Below, in pieces: positions 1 to 10,293 of a stretch of 64,000 nucleotides of DNA. Position 1 is the first letter of the stretch, and every line of letters begins with the position of its first letter. Made by a program: the position numbers and the translations under genes. Location: positions 291,486-355,485 of IMG/VR virus record IMGVR_UViG_3300030332_001481; one strand, written 5' to 3'. The DNA is from a virus (lineage: Duplodnaviria > Heunggongvirae > Uroviricota > Caudoviricetes). Under the pieces are notes generated by a model. The model saw nothing but the letters and a program-made list of their open reading frames with translations. It made no database searches and had not been told where the DNA came from.

Positions 1-3000
1 CTTGACCTGACTCTTTGCCCTTGGCAGCGAGTCGCATGATCTTCTGGAGAAGGCTGAGGACGGCTGCGTTCTTACGCTTGTAGTCACGCTCGAACGCGTG
101 CTCTGCCTCGGCACGTGCTTGCTGCCAGCCCTTGAGAGCCTTCTGGTACGACTTGTACTGAGTCTTTTGCTTTCCCTTTGGGTCAGACTCGTTGACGTAG
201 TCGGCCTTCTGTGGTAGCGGCGGGATTTCCGCTGCGTCAGGAAGGTCAGGGAACGCCGCGACAAAAGCCTTCGTGTACAGCGCGCTGTCTTCATTGATGC
301 CGACTTCGGTATCCCGAGCAACGTCCTGCTTTGAAGTGTCTCGCTTGGGGGCGCTGTCCAGGTCTACCTGCCGCTGCGACTTCCACTTCTCGTAGCGGCT
401 GTCGAACTTGCTGGTGCTGGTGGAGCTACGACCGGTGAATCTACGGAGGAACTTCTGCTTCTCTTCGTCAGTCAGATCGGGAGGGTTTTTGAACAGGTGG
501 TCGAGCTTGAAGGGCCCGGCTTCGTCGAAGTAGTTCTTCATGCGCACAGCGATGTCGTTGTGCTTCATGATGGGGTGGCGCTCCTTGCGCTCCATCAAGT
601 CTTCGCGAAGCTCTTCCTTCTCTTCCTTGATCCTGTCTCGAAGGTCGAAGTACTGCTCGTCCTGCTTCTCCTTGACTCCATCTAGCTTGGAACGCTCCAG
701 CTTGAGCTGAGTGACCTGTGACCGTAGCTCGGCGAGCTTGCTCCTGTCCTTATCAGACAGGTCCTTCATCCCCTCTACCATCTCCTGGAGATCGGAGACC
801 TTGGCGAGGATGTTGGTGGCCCGGTCAGCCGCTAGCGCACGAGCCTTGGAACGCTCCAGGAAGTCTGGAAGAAACTCCATCTTCTCTTCCAGGGCCTCAA
901 GACCTTCGTCTTCCCAGTCTTCGATGAAGTTGAAGTTGTCCGGAATGTTGGCAGCGTCGGTGCCCTTGTACTCCTTGGACCAAGCACGCACTAGCGCCTG
1001 GAACTTGTTCTTGAAGTTCGCGGGGGTCTCGCCAGCTTCCTCTGCATCCAGGATGCCCTGGATGACCTTCATCAGCTTCTCGATGAACTCGGCCTGTGGG
1101 CCGTCATTTGATGCGACGCTGGGGTCCTGAAGGAACTCCTCGTCGATGTCAAACTCAGGATCAGCAAGCCCCTGCATCTCTGAGGTAAGGGACTCAATCT
1201 CCTCGCGGATCCGGGAGGGATCGCTCTTACGTGCCTCTTCTAGGCTCGCCTCTGTGTCTGCGATCTCCTGGTCCAGCCTGTCGATGTTGTCTAGGGTCTG
1301 CTGACGCGCATCCTTGAGTGCCTGGAACTTAGCGGAGAACGTAGAGGGCTGAGACAGCTCCTTTTCAATCTTGGCGTCCAGACGCTTGACGTCGTGGTAT
1401 AGCCAGTTCTTCAGGCTCTGCAGCGCCTTGCCCGGGTCCTGTGAAGGGTTGAAGACGTGGATCATCCACAACTTCCGCGCTACCTTATCGATATCCGCGT
1501 CGTCATGCGGGAGGCTGCTCTTTAGACGCTCTACGACTGGACGGCTGTCCCTGGCGGGCTTGGGGTCGTCAGCAGGTGAAATACCCTGCTCCCACTCGGA
1601 CTCGTCTGCGTCTGCGTCGAGGTTGTCCTCACGCTCAGCCTGCTGACGCTTCCAGTGCTGGCGGTGGAGCTTGTCCACGTAACCAACGAAGTCCGGCGCC
1701 GCCTCGTTCATGGCGTCACGGAACTCATCTGTCTTCAGAAGGGCAGTGAGGATCGGGTCGAACTTCTCGATCGCCTTCTTATAGGTCTGACGGATCCCGT
1801 GAAGGTTCTGAGGGTCGGACGGGTCGGCGTAACCGAACTCGAACTTGGCAATCTGTTGAAGGCGCTTCTCGACCTTGCGAGGCCCGAGTAGGGTAACAGG
1901 AATAGACTTGAGCATCTTCTCCTCGGGATCGTCGTCCCGGCGGAGAGGACCTGGGATACCCCACATCCAACGCAGAATGTTTTCCTGATCCTGCGTGAGA
2001 TTTGCGTACTCCAGCGTCGCTTCGAGCTTGTCAGCGATATCGTTCCACTGACGGACCCTATTCTCAGTGTCTTCCTCTGTGAGATCACCCTTCAAGAAGT
2101 CGCGAATCTGGGACGGCTTGAGGCCTAGCTTCTGACTGAAGAAAGACCAAACCTTGTCAGGCCGACTAGACTCCTTGCGCGGCTTCCCGCGCATGATGTT
2201 GCGGCGGTAGAACTTGGCAAGGGCATCAAGGGAAGGATCGTCAGTAAGCTCCCACTTCTCCTTGATGATGTCGAAGAGGTTGCTCTGTGCGCGCTCCAGG
2301 CGCTTCCTTACTTCTGTGACAGTGGTCTGGAACCCTGGGTCAGACTCTACCCCATTGAAAGGTGGCTTCGTAGCGATCTGTCGGAACGAGAGAACGTCTC
2401 CGTCCGTACCCAGGCCGAGTCGCCCTGCCAAGATTGCCCGGTCCTTGTCGTCGAGTCGACGGTCGTCCTCGACCATGATGATGTCAGCAAGGATGCTGAA
2501 CCATTCCTCGGCCGTATCCTGGCTGCGGACCTGCTGCATCTGCTCGTAAGGGGTGGCGCCTTCCTCAGGTACCATCTCCTCAAAAGTCACCTCGTCTTCG
2601 TCGTCACCCCCGGTTGATACAGGTGTGACAAAACGAGAGGGTGTGACCTTCTTGTTGAGCTTGACATGAATGGTCTCTCCCGCGTTGGAGGGGGAGAATG
2701 TAAGGGTGCCCTTTGTCGGGTCCAGTACGTATTCATCAGCTCCAGGCTCTACTGAGCTGGCACCAGACGTGGCCTCTGTGACTGTGATCTCCTTCCCAAT
2801 CATGTGAGGGGGAAGGTAGATGTAGTGCGAGGAGTACGACGCAGGGGCGAAAGCATCGTGCTTCTTGACGTAGTCCGCCTTATCCTTGACGCTACCTCCA
2901 CGCATCACTACCAGCGGCAGAGACTTGCCAGAGGGCCCAAGAACGAGGAGCTTCTCTTTTCCGCCCTTCTTGGGGTAGGCGATACGACCGACGTTGTACT

Positions 3001-4804
3001 TGGTGTCTTCTTCAACGATGAAGGCCTTACCGCCCGCAGGCTTGAACTCCTTGCCGTCCGAGTCTCGTGTGACAGAGAATCCGCCGGGCTGAATGCCCCA
3101 GGCGTTCAGGGCTACAACACCGCCGCCGGGGGGCACCTCCACCGTCTTGGAGACTGAATGGACCTCGCTGGTGCTGGTCTCTTCCTTGTAGCGCTCGTAG
3201 AGCTTGCGGAGAGCCATGGGCAGCTTGCCGCCGCTCTTACCATCGCTGCGACCGAAGACCCAGGGGTTGTTGAGGAAGCGGACCTGAGCGTCGGTCTTCT
3301 TGGTTTCCTCTTCACCTTCAAGCTGGATCTCGTCGCCCTTGCCCTTACCCGCGTCGAAGTCGAAGTTGAGGGCCGCCTCCTGGATGGGTCCCAGCATGGC
3401 GTTGTATAGGTCCTGCAGCTCGATGCCCGCAGCTTCGAAGGTCTTGCGGATGCTGCGCCACGCCCCAGGAGACTTGCTGCCCGGGAAGTAGGTGGCCGGG
3501 TTCATGATGACGCGCAAGATCAGCGGCGTCACATAGCGCCCCAGCTCCTGTACCGTCCCGTTGACGTCCTGTGCTTGTGAGCGGAGGGAGTGAGAGTACT
3601 CCAAGAACTCAGGGTCCATTGACTTGTTGCCGAACTCGGCAAAGTCATCCCCAAACTCATCGTCACTGCTTACTGACTTGGCTGCCTCGTAGGACTTCTC
3701 TACCAGGAGGTAGGCCAAGGAGCTGAAGCGTGCGAGCTTGGGTGCAATCTCTTCGTCGACGAACGCACGAATGTGACGCTGTGCCTCAGCGTTGTGGTCG
3801 TCGTGCAGGTCGTGAAGCATCCCCTCAAGCTGCATGAACTCGTGGGTGAGATCGGGAATGGTTCTCTCGTCCTTGGACGAGGTGTCGGCTTCCTGCTCGT
3901 GCCGCAGGTTTTCAATCTCTCCCTCGATGTAGGGGATTGCCGTGTCAAGAACGAAGTCACGGTTCGGGTGAGATAGCAGGAGGGTCCAGATGTTACCCAC
4001 ACCAGACTGGATCTTGCGAAGAAGGTCCTCTTCACGCTCCGGTGTTAGCTTCTTGAACTTGGTGTGGGGCTTGTCCGCCAGGTAGTATTCTACTTTGACG
4101 TTCTGCCCAACGGCGTCTGGACCAAAGTACAGCTTGCCTGTGCTCGGGGCGTAGCCAACGCGACCGCGGTCGAGGTAAAAGCCCTCGGATGCGTTAGGAT
4201 CGGGGCTGAAGAAGATCTCCATCTCACCTGTGAGAGGGTTCTTTCGCTTCTTCGGCTTTCCGTCCTTACCTACGACGGGTGACATGATGCGAGTTTGGAG
4301 CTGCTTCCTGGTCCCATCCTGGTCGATCAAGAACACGCGCATCTTGTGCTGAACGATGTCGACGCCCTTGTCGAGCGGCTTGGACGCACTCTGACTGACC
4401 TTGAACTTCTTGGTCAGCGGCTCCCACTCGAAGTTCTTCGGGTGCAGCTGCCACGGACCTGTCGCAGGAGCGTGGTGCGAGACGGCCTTCTCTGCCCGCT
4501 CGTCTACCTTCTTGTCGAGCTTCTTGGTGTCGAGCTTCGCCGCTTCGCTCTCGTCGATGTCATCGGAGCCATCGTCGTCATCGTCCTCAGACGAAGGAGC
4601 CTCGATCTCCTCATCGCCACGAAGCTCGGACTGTTCCAGCTCCTTGGCCAGGTCAAACCCAGAGTCTTCCGACTCCTCTCCGTCGGAGTCCTGGCTCTCC
4701 AGGTCACTTTCCTCGACGACGGTCATGCCCAACTCGTCTGCTTCTTCAGCAGACATGTTGGCGGAACGGATCTTCTTCTTAACGCTGTTGGAACGACGAG
4801 ACAT
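1..4804 (-). CDS. Giant (>1600 aa, runs off window) sigma-70-like protein with large insertions
   Basis: ATG at 4804, frame open to base 1 (absent from the track because no stop is in the window). Hand translation gives GIELQDLYNAMLGPIQEAALNFDFDAG...VRFL (region 2-like), TPVSTGGDDEDEVTFEEMVPEEGATPYE (region 3.2-like) and LDDKDRAILAGRLGLGTDGDVLSFRQIA...TVTEVRKRLERA (region 4-like). Confidence 0.72.
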   Translation of the reverse strand, partial: MSRRSNSVKKKIRSANMSAEEADELGMTVVEESDLESQDSDGEESEDSGFDLAKELEQSELRGDEEIEAPSSEDDDDDGSDDIDESEAAKLDTKKLDKKVDERAEKAVSHHAPATGPWQLHPKNFEWEPLTKKFKVSQSASKPLDKGVDIVQHKMRVFLIDQDGTRKQLQTRIMSPVVGKDGKPKKRKNPLTGEMEIFFSPDPNASEGFYLDRGRVGYAPSTGKLYFGPDAVGQNVKVEYYLADKPHTKFKKLTPEREEDLLRKIQSGVGNIWTLLLSHPNRDFVLDTAIPYIEGEIENLRHEQEADTSSKDERTIPDLTHEFMQLEGMLHDLHDDHNAEAQRHIRAFVDEEIAPKLARFSSLAYLLVEKSYEAAKSVSSDDEFGDDFAEFGNKSMDPEFLEYSHSLRSQAQDVNGTVQELGRYVTPLILRVIMNPATYFPGSKSPGAWRSIRKTFEAAGIELQDLYNAMLGPIQEAALNFDFDAGKGKGDEIQLEGEEETKKTDAQVRFLNNPWVFGRSDGKSGGKLPMALRKLYERYKEETSTSEVHSVSKTVEVPPGGGVVALNAWGIQPGGFSVTRDSDGKEFKPAGGKAFIVEEDTKYNVGRIAYPKKGGKEKLLVLGPSGKSLPLVVMRGGSVKDKADYVKKHDAFAPASYSSHYIYLPPHMIGKEITVTEATSGASSVEPGADEYVLDPTKGTLTFSPSNAGETIHVKLNKKVTPSRFVTPVSTGGDDEDEVTFEEMVPEEGATPYEQMQQVRSQDTAEEWFSILADIIMVEDDRRLDDKDRAILAGRLGLGTDGDVLSFRQIATKPPFNGVESDPGFQTTVTEVRKRLERAQSNLFDIIKEKWELTDDPSLDALAKFYRRNIMRGKPRKESSRPDKVWSFFSQKLGLKPSQIRDFLKGDLTEEDTENRVRQWNDIADKLEATLEYANLTQDQENILRWMWGIPGPLRRDDDPEEKMLKSIPVTLLGPRKVEKRLQQIAKFEFGYADPSDPQNLHGIRQTYKKAIEKFDPILTALLKTDEFRDAMNEAAPDFVGYVDKLHRQHWKRQQAEREDNLDADADESEWEQGISPADDPKPARDSRPVVERLKSSLPHDDADIDKVARKLWMIHVFNPSQDPGKALQSLKNWLYHDVKRLDAKIEKELSQPSTFSAKFQALKDARQQTLDNIDRLDQEIADTEASLEEARKSDPSRIREEIESLTSEMQGLADPEFDIDEEFLQDPSVASNDGPQAEFIEKLMKVIQGILDAEEAGETPANFKNKFQALVRAWSKEYKGTDAANIPDNFNFIEDWEDEGLEALEEKMEFLPDFLERSKARALAADRATNILAKVSDLQEMVEGMKDLSDKDRSKLAELRSQVTQLKLERSKLDGVKEKQDEQYFDLRDRIKEEKEELREDLMERKERHPIMKHNDIAVRMKNYFDEAGPFKLDHLFKNPPDLTDEEKQKFLRRFTGRSSTSTSKFDSRYEKWKSQRQVDLDSAPKRDTSKQDVARDTEVGINEDSALYTKAFVAAFPDLPDAAEIPPLPQKADYVNESDPKGKQKTQYKSYQKALKGWQQARAEAEHAFERDYKRKNAAVLSLLQKIMRLAAKGKESGQ

Positions 4805-4823
4805 TGTCCCTCATGGGGTAGGG

Positions 4824-5465
4824 CTACTGTAAGATATTTGGCGTGGAAGGCGGAAGTTCTGGAGTCATGGGACCCCCTTCCAGCTCGTCGCCAAGTCCGA
4901 GGTCAAGCTCGCCGTCATCCTCGCTGCCGGAGTCCTTGTCCTTCTTGTCGTCAGGACCGACGCCCTTTTCAGGGAGTGAGTGCTCTACAGGCTTGTCCTT
5001 CTCTTCCTTGTGCTCACGGTCTGCAAGAGTCTGCAGCGTGCCCGTCAGCTCCTTGAGGTCACGAAGGGTGTGCACCTCATCGGCTAGCATGTCCTTGAGT
5101 GTCGCAAGGTCAGATGCCTTGATACCAGGAATGTCTTCCTGGTCAAGTTCAAGGAGCTTTGCCAGCTCCTCTGAGCTGTCTGCTAGCTTCTTTTCAAGCT
5201 TCTCGGTGAGGTCATGGAGTGACGCCACGTTCTTCTTGAACGGGTGCTTCTTGGGAAGAGTGCGCATCAGCGCAAGGAAAGAATCCGCGTTATCCTGCAG
5301 CACTGACAGTGCGTTCTCATCCTTCTCCGTGGTGTGAGTAATGGGGGCATCCACGCCGTCCATCTCGGAGAAGTTGATGGCCTCAATCAGGCGAGCAATA
5401 CGCGGCTGCATGAGCAGCGGCGCGTTGCGGTGTACGTGACTGAGCTTTTTGAGTAGAGTTGACAT
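4824..5465 (-). CDS. Hypothetical protein, coiled coil with acidic C-terminus (putative virion protein)
   Basis: ORF track; ATG at 5465 overlaps the upstream stop (TGATG). Confidence 0.7.
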   Translation of the reverse strand: MSTLLKKLSHVHRNAPLLMQPRIARLIEAINFSEMDGVDAPITHTTEKDENALSVLQDNADSFLALMRTLPKKHPFKKNVASLHDLTEKLEKKLADSSEELAKLLELDQEDIPGIKASDLATLKDMLADEVHTLRDLKELTGTLQTLADREHKEEKDKPVEHSLPEKGVGPDDKKDKDSGSEDDGELDLGLGDELEGGPMTPELPPSTPNILQ

Positions 5466-8293
5466 CAGGACTTTGTGATATCGCGGGTTTGTTCCAATAG
5501 AGGATCCCACATCACAGGAGGGGGTCCGCTTACTTGGTCTAGATAAGGTCCGGGAGGCCTGTCTTCTATCGTGGGATGACCATTCTGTGGTCGGTTAGAC
5601 ATGGGGGACACGAGGTTGTCTGAGGCTTCCTTGTCTTCGGCGTCTACTTCGTCGGAAGACTCAGACTCGTGAAAAGGGGAGAGTCTTACTTCCACCCCGT
5701 CGATCTTCTCGGGGACCTCGTCCCGCATGGACTTTGGCGTAGTAGCGTGGACATGGATGACGGGTGCGCCATCCTCTCCCATGCTGGTGCGCATGTCCTT
5801 GACCCGTGGGTCCCCCTTGAACATGTCCTGGAGCTGGGCAAGGACATCATCCACGTCCGGATCAACCGGCGTGAACTTGATCTTGGTCTTGCTCTTCTGC
5901 TCTTCCTTGGGGACGTAGGTCTTAGTGGAGTCTACGCGTGGACCCTCCTCAACGACAGCGGCAGGGGCAGGCCCCTGGGCTGAGTCAGGCAGGTCCACGC
6001 TTGGGGCTAAAGGGGGCATCACCTCCTCGGGGGCCGGAAGAGGACCCGGGCCGCCGCAGGGGGAGTCCACCGGAGGAGCCATGTCCATAGGGACGGGAGC
6101 AGGTGGTGGCCCCATCCGAGGCATGAAGCGAAGCACAGGGTGAGCGGCAGGCGCAGGGGCTACAGGAGCCGGCGCAGGAGCCGCGTCACCTGGGAACCTA
6201 CCAAAGCCGGGCGGAGGTGCCTCCGGCATCATGTCCCCGCTCGGAAGCTGGAAGATGTAGAAGCCGTTCCCTGTATCGAAGTGGGCAAGACCGTCGCCCA
6301 TCATGCTAGGGGGAGGCGGCAAGGGAAGGTTTCCGCCGTCCATCATGGGAGGGGGCGGAGCCATGTGCTCACACGCGTCCTTCTCGAAGGGGCGAATCCA
6401 CGGACGCTTGATGGTGAACTCCTTGCCGGAATCCAGCGCCTTTACCACGTAGTGCGGGCCACGCTTGGCCTTCTTGTCTACACGAACAAGCTCTACCATG
6501 GAGCTATCACCTGTGTCGGGATCCTTCTCCTGCCAACGGGTGCCTACCTCGGGAATGAGGCCCACTGCACCGTCTGCATAGCGGATCACGTCATCGCTGG
6601 AAGCAATGAGGTAGCTGCGACCCACACGGAGACGGTCCGCAAGGTTGGCGACGCGCTCCTTCAGCGGAGAGTCAGCGGGGAGAAGGTTCGCGATGTCGAT
6701 GAGCTTCTCGCTCGTCTCTAACGAAGCCGTCGCCCGGTGCGCAGACATCTCATTCGACGGCCGAATGTACGTGAACATCAGACGCGCAGGCCCGTTGACC
6801 GCGGAGAACTTCGACAGGGGGAGGTCCTTGAAGCTTCGAATGCCGAAGTCCTTGTCGACAGAAATATCGACATCGTCAAGGATCTCGAAGATCTCAATCT
6901 TGTAGCCGAATTCGTCTCGGATCTCATTGAGAATGAACTTCAAGTCCTCCTCACGCTCGAACGGAATGTCGTACTGCCAAGAACCCGACTTAACGGCTTT
7001 CTTCTTACTGAGGAAGTCGCGGAACTCGGGGTCCCGTAGGGCGTTAGCCGTGAATGTGATCCGCATCATCGGACCAGCAACACGGACGGTCGAGGCGTGT
7101 CTGGGCATCTCAGTACCTTCACTTAGCGTTTCGAGTAGAATCTTATCGGCAGCCACAACTAGGTTTTTGCTAATGAAAACGGGTTCGTTGGCTACCAAAT
7201 ACACGTCATAAGTGAAGTTTCCCTTGCGCTTTGACTTGGGATATTGCTCCAGCATGACGCTAAGGCGGTCATCGGTGACCTTGCCAACGTACAGCTTTCC
7301 ACCTCTACGGTCAGACTCTGTAAGAAGTTGGCGAATGAATGGGTCGGTCTCGGCTAGCTCGGCTAGCTTCTCCCTCATGGACTTGTTGCCCATCTCCTGG
7401 ATGTTTCCCACCCAGTTGCCTTCCTTGAGGCGTACCCACGCCTTGCACTTGACGTACGAACCTTGAATGCCCGAAAGAGCCTGACATTCTTTGTTCTCCC
7501 AGCGGCAGAACGCGAAGTTCTCGGTGAGCTTGGTTGTACGCTCAGGCATGGAATGGTCCGGGCAGTCGTCCGCTTCAACCTTCCAGTTACCCTTGGCTCC
7601 GACATAGGCGGGAATGAGGCCTGCCTCTTCCACGACGTAGTTCTTGATCTTGTCCCGGGACTCTGCCACGCGGTGGGCGGCTAAGTCTGCGCGACGGTTC
7701 TTCAGTAACTTCTCTACCTGGTAGAGAACTTCATGTGGGCTCGCCAAGTTCAACTCCAGAGCCTCCGCGGCCTTCTTGAGCTGCGGCGTGGCTCCCTCTA
7801 CGTACTCTTTGATGATTCCCAGGACCTGCTCACGCTTAGATGTCCAGAAATCGTCGATGTGGTTCCAGTAGGGGCGCACAGCAGCAAGAAACGCCGTCTT
7901 GGGCATATCCCTACCTGAGTGAGCACGAATCAGGTTGATGATCGACGACTCCATCTTGGCGTACTTGGTGTACGCTACCTGCATGGAGTTGTACGCTGTG
8001 GCCAGCTGCGACCTCATCTCGTCGGGTGTCAGAAAGTCCGTCTGAACCAGCGCGGTCACGTTCTTCTGTGCCTGATCGAGAAGACTGAGATGGGAGTCTA
8101 AGAGTGGGGCTACTTCTAGCTCGTTGATTTCGAGGAAGAACTTCCGACCTTCCTCGACCCGGTCGAGGTAGTCCACAGACATGGCCACCAAAGGAGCCAG
8201 GTTTCCAGCGACATTGTTCTTGACCAACGTCTGCCAGTCTGCAGGGCTCACCTCAAGGTAAGCCATAGCCATGTCATCGAGGTCTTTGCTCAC
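5465..8293 (-). CDS. Large multidomain hypothetical protein with Pro-rich linker (putative internal head protein)
   Basis: 942 aa ORF coupled to both neighbours; Cys cluster, SH3-like segment, Pro/Met-rich tract. Confidence 0.8.
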   Translation of the reverse strand: MSKDLDDMAMAYLEVSPADWQTLVKNNVAGNLAPLVAMSVDYLDRVEEGRKFFLEINELEVAPLLDSHLSLLDQAQKNVTALVQTDFLTPDEMRSQLATAYNSMQVAYTKYAKMESSIINLIRAHSGRDMPKTAFLAAVRPYWNHIDDFWTSKREQVLGIIKEYVEGATPQLKKAAEALELNLASPHEVLYQVEKLLKNRRADLAAHRVAESRDKIKNYVVEEAGLIPAYVGAKGNWKVEADDCPDHSMPERTTKLTENFAFCRWENKECQALSGIQGSYVKCKAWVRLKEGNWVGNIQEMGNKSMREKLAELAETDPFIRQLLTESDRRGGKLYVGKVTDDRLSVMLEQYPKSKRKGNFTYDVYLVANEPVFISKNLVVAADKILLETLSEGTEMPRHASTVRVAGPMMRITFTANALRDPEFRDFLSKKKAVKSGSWQYDIPFEREEDLKFILNEIRDEFGYKIEIFEILDDVDISVDKDFGIRSFKDLPLSKFSAVNGPARLMFTYIRPSNEMSAHRATASLETSEKLIDIANLLPADSPLKERVANLADRLRVGRSYLIASSDDVIRYADGAVGLIPEVGTRWQEKDPDTGDSSMVELVRVDKKAKRGPHYVVKALDSGKEFTIKRPWIRPFEKDACEHMAPPPPMMDGGNLPLPPPPSMMGDGLAHFDTGNGFYIFQLPSGDMMPEAPPPGFGRFPGDAAPAPAPVAPAPAAHPVLRFMPRMGPPPAPVPMDMAPPVDSPCGGPGPLPAPEEVMPPLAPSVDLPDSAQGPAPAAVVEEGPRVDSTKTYVPKEEQKSKTKIKFTPVDPDVDDVLAQLQDMFKGDPRVKDMRTSMGEDGAPVIHVHATTPKSMRDEVPEKIDGVEVRLSPFHESESSDEVDAEDKEASDNLVSPMSNRPQNGHPTIEDRPPGPYLDQVSGPPPVMWDPLLEQTRDITKS

Positions 8294-9222
8294 AGCTCAG
8301 TCTCGGTGCTAAGGGCAAGGTAGGCACCTACAGCGTCCCCTCGCTTGAGCGCGGCCAGTACGGGGTCCTGGATTGGGTAGGGTGCTCCCTGTGCAACAGC
8401 GGAAAGGAGTAGCTTCCGCTCTCCCATGGTGGCCTGAAGCCTAGAATCTCCCTCGATAAGGGAATCTAGCTCCTCTACGGTAGCGGTGACCGTCTTCATG
8501 ACGTCAGTGCCAACACGAGAAGCCGTGCGCTGTAGACCACACCGCCGAATGATGCACGCGGCCAACTCCTGGGTGTCGATGACCTTGTCGATGTTTTCAG
8601 CCAGAAGAGTCTTCAACTGATCCGCCATCTCGACGGAACGGCTACCACCGTAGAGCTGCATGTCAGGGCCCATGCTGCGCACAATACGAGCAGCCAGCCT
8701 CTCCATGTCTGCGTTTGAAACGATGGGGGTGTTAGTTTCAAACGCCTCGTTCGTGTATTCACGAAGCCTATCCCATGACTGTTCTTCTGCGTGCTTCTTC
8801 ATGGTGCCGATGGTCTCTGCTGAAATGAGGTTGGGCTGGCTACGGCCAGGGGGAACTGCCATGTAATTGAAGTTCGCTGAAGGCGTACCTGAGGGTCCGC
8901 TGTCCTGACGCGACCTGGATTCCTGGCGATTTTTCTCGCGCAGTTGCGTAGCACGAGACTTTTCACCCTTGCGCCACAGTTCACAGATAATCTCCAAGGC
9001 GTCGGGATCCTTGACCAACTTCTTGTACTGGATCCCCACTTCGTTGAGGCTGTCGAAGAAGGCTTTTGGAGACTTGTCTCGCGATTTACGGAACTTGACG
9101 TACTGAACCTTCATCCCAGATTCAGGATCAACCTCTTCCCACATACGCATGTACCGAAGCTGGTGAGATTTCAGCAGCTTCGGTACAACGTTGCGAATGT
9201 CAACGCGCTTAGTCTGAGGCAT
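8290..9222 (-). CDS. Hypothetical protein
   Basis: ORF track; likely start MPQTK at 9222 after GGAGG RBS. Confidence 0.75.
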   Translation of the reverse strand: MPQTKRVDIRNVVPKLLKSHQLRYMRMWEEVDPESGMKVQYVKFRKSRDKSPKAFFDSLNEVGIQYKKLVKDPDALEIICELWRKGEKSRATQLREKNRQESRSRQDSGPSGTPSANFNYMAVPPGRSQPNLISAETIGTMKKHAEEQSWDRLREYTNEAFETNTPIVSNADMERLAARIVRSMGPDMQLYGGSRSVEMADQLKTLLAENIDKVIDTQELAACIIRRCGLQRTASRVGTDVMKTVTATVEELDSLIEGDSRLQATMGERKLLLSAVAQGAPYPIQDPVLAALKRGDAVGAYLALSTETEL

Positions 9223-9613
9223 CACCCCTCCGACGTGTACGGTTGAACAACTCAGAGAGCCTACGCAGCCTCTCCTCATCCTCGTCGATCTGCTGGATTT
9301 CCTCCAGCTCTTCCTTGACTTCCTCTTCCTTCTCAGCCGCTTCGCGGATCTCCTTCTCGGCCTCTTCGTGGATCTCCGCCAGATCCTCGCGCAGCTTCTC
9401 CTCCTGCTTCTTTAGTGGATCCGTGTCTACGTGGGTGGAGCCACGGCGGCGAAACAGAAAGACCGCCCCGAACACCGCTACCACTCCCCCGATGAGCCAC
9501 AGGGCGTACTTCTTGGCAAGCTCAGGCTTCGTGAACACGAAGACAAGAACGAGGGCCAGTACGCCAAGCAGGATTCCTACAGTGAGGATGTCTTGAAGAA
9601 TGAAGTCAAACAT
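9209..9613 (-). CDS. Membrane protein, 2 TM helices plus acidic coiled coil (possible lysis accessory)
   Basis: Hydrophobic segments ILTVGILLGVLALVLVFVF and ALWLIGGVVAVFGAVFLF, then an E/K-rich coil; ATG 9613 overlaps the upstream stop. Confidence 0.7.
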   Translation of the reverse strand: MFDFILQDILTVGILLGVLALVLVFVFTKPELAKKYALWLIGGVVAVFGAVFLFRRRGSTHVDTDPLKKQEEKLREDLAEIHEEAEKEIREAAEKEEEVKEELEEIQQIDEDEERLRRLSELFNRTRRRGDASD

Positions 9614-10029
9614 CAGAGGACGATGGGTTCGAACTGCGGAGGCACGCCCAGGCTCTCCTCGTACAGGCCCTCCACCCAGCAATGGATGGTGGCTTCCTGG
9701 ACGGAATCCAGGTTCTCGATTGAGAAAGAGTGGTGTACGAGACCAGAACCCAGGTGAGTTGCAGCGAATTCATGCCACAGAAGCTGCCCTGAGGTCACTT
9801 CCTCGCTGAACATGATTGTCGAGAAGGCACCCGTGAGTATGGGATCATCACTGATTCCCAAGTCGAAAGTGTGGGTCAACGTCACCTGAACAGCGGCCGA
9901 CGCTACATTTCGAAAGAAGATCTTGGGCTGGATGACGGGCGAGACAGGGAGGTTCGTTTCCAGCGCAGTGGAACGTGTCTCTGACGCATCGAGACGAAAG
10001 GGGTAGTGCTGTCGAAAGGAAACGAGCAT
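9613..10029 (-). CDS. Hypothetical beta-rich protein
   Basis: 138 aa ORF in a tightly packed operon. Confidence 0.7.
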   Translation of the reverse strand: MLVSFRQHYPFRLDASETRSTALETNLPVSPVIQPKIFFRNVASAAVQVTLTHTFDLGISDDPILTGAFSTIMFSEEVTSGQLLWHEFAATHLGSGLVHHSFSIENLDSVQEATIHCWVEGLYEESLGVPPQFEPIVL

Positions 10030-10032
10030 GAA

Positions 10033-10293
10033 TCAGTCCTTCAGGAGACGCCGTAAGCGTGCGCCAAGTGAGGCGAACCGGTGTGAGGGAGTCTCCCCAG
10101 AGTCAAGATAAGGTGAAACACCCTTCAATCCGCAGATTCGCTCAAAGTGAGCACGTGCCTTCGCCCACTGACGACGCACTGTTTTCGCGTCGTAGATGTC
10201 GTCGGCGTATTTCTTACAGACGTTACGCCAGATACTCTCAGCTTCCGGGTTCAGACGAGCAGGAGCGTTGTTGGGGGACGGTGTATTTTTCAC
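10033..10293 (-). CDS. Small helical protein (ChaB-like module, paralogous to part of 12745-13539)
   Basis: LNPEAESIWRNV...QWAKARAHFERICGLKGVSPY aligns with CSPQALPLWNSI...KWALAEKFWLSECARKGTPAY. Confidence 0.7.
   Translation of the reverse strand: MKNTPSPNNAPARLNPEAESIWRNVCKKYADDIYDAKTVRRQWAKARAHFERICGLKGVSPYLDSGETPSHRFASLGARLRRLLKD

Noticed and set aside
497-5337. Many + strand ORFs, including 4295-5056
   Set aside because: Shadows of the continuous minus-strand frames.
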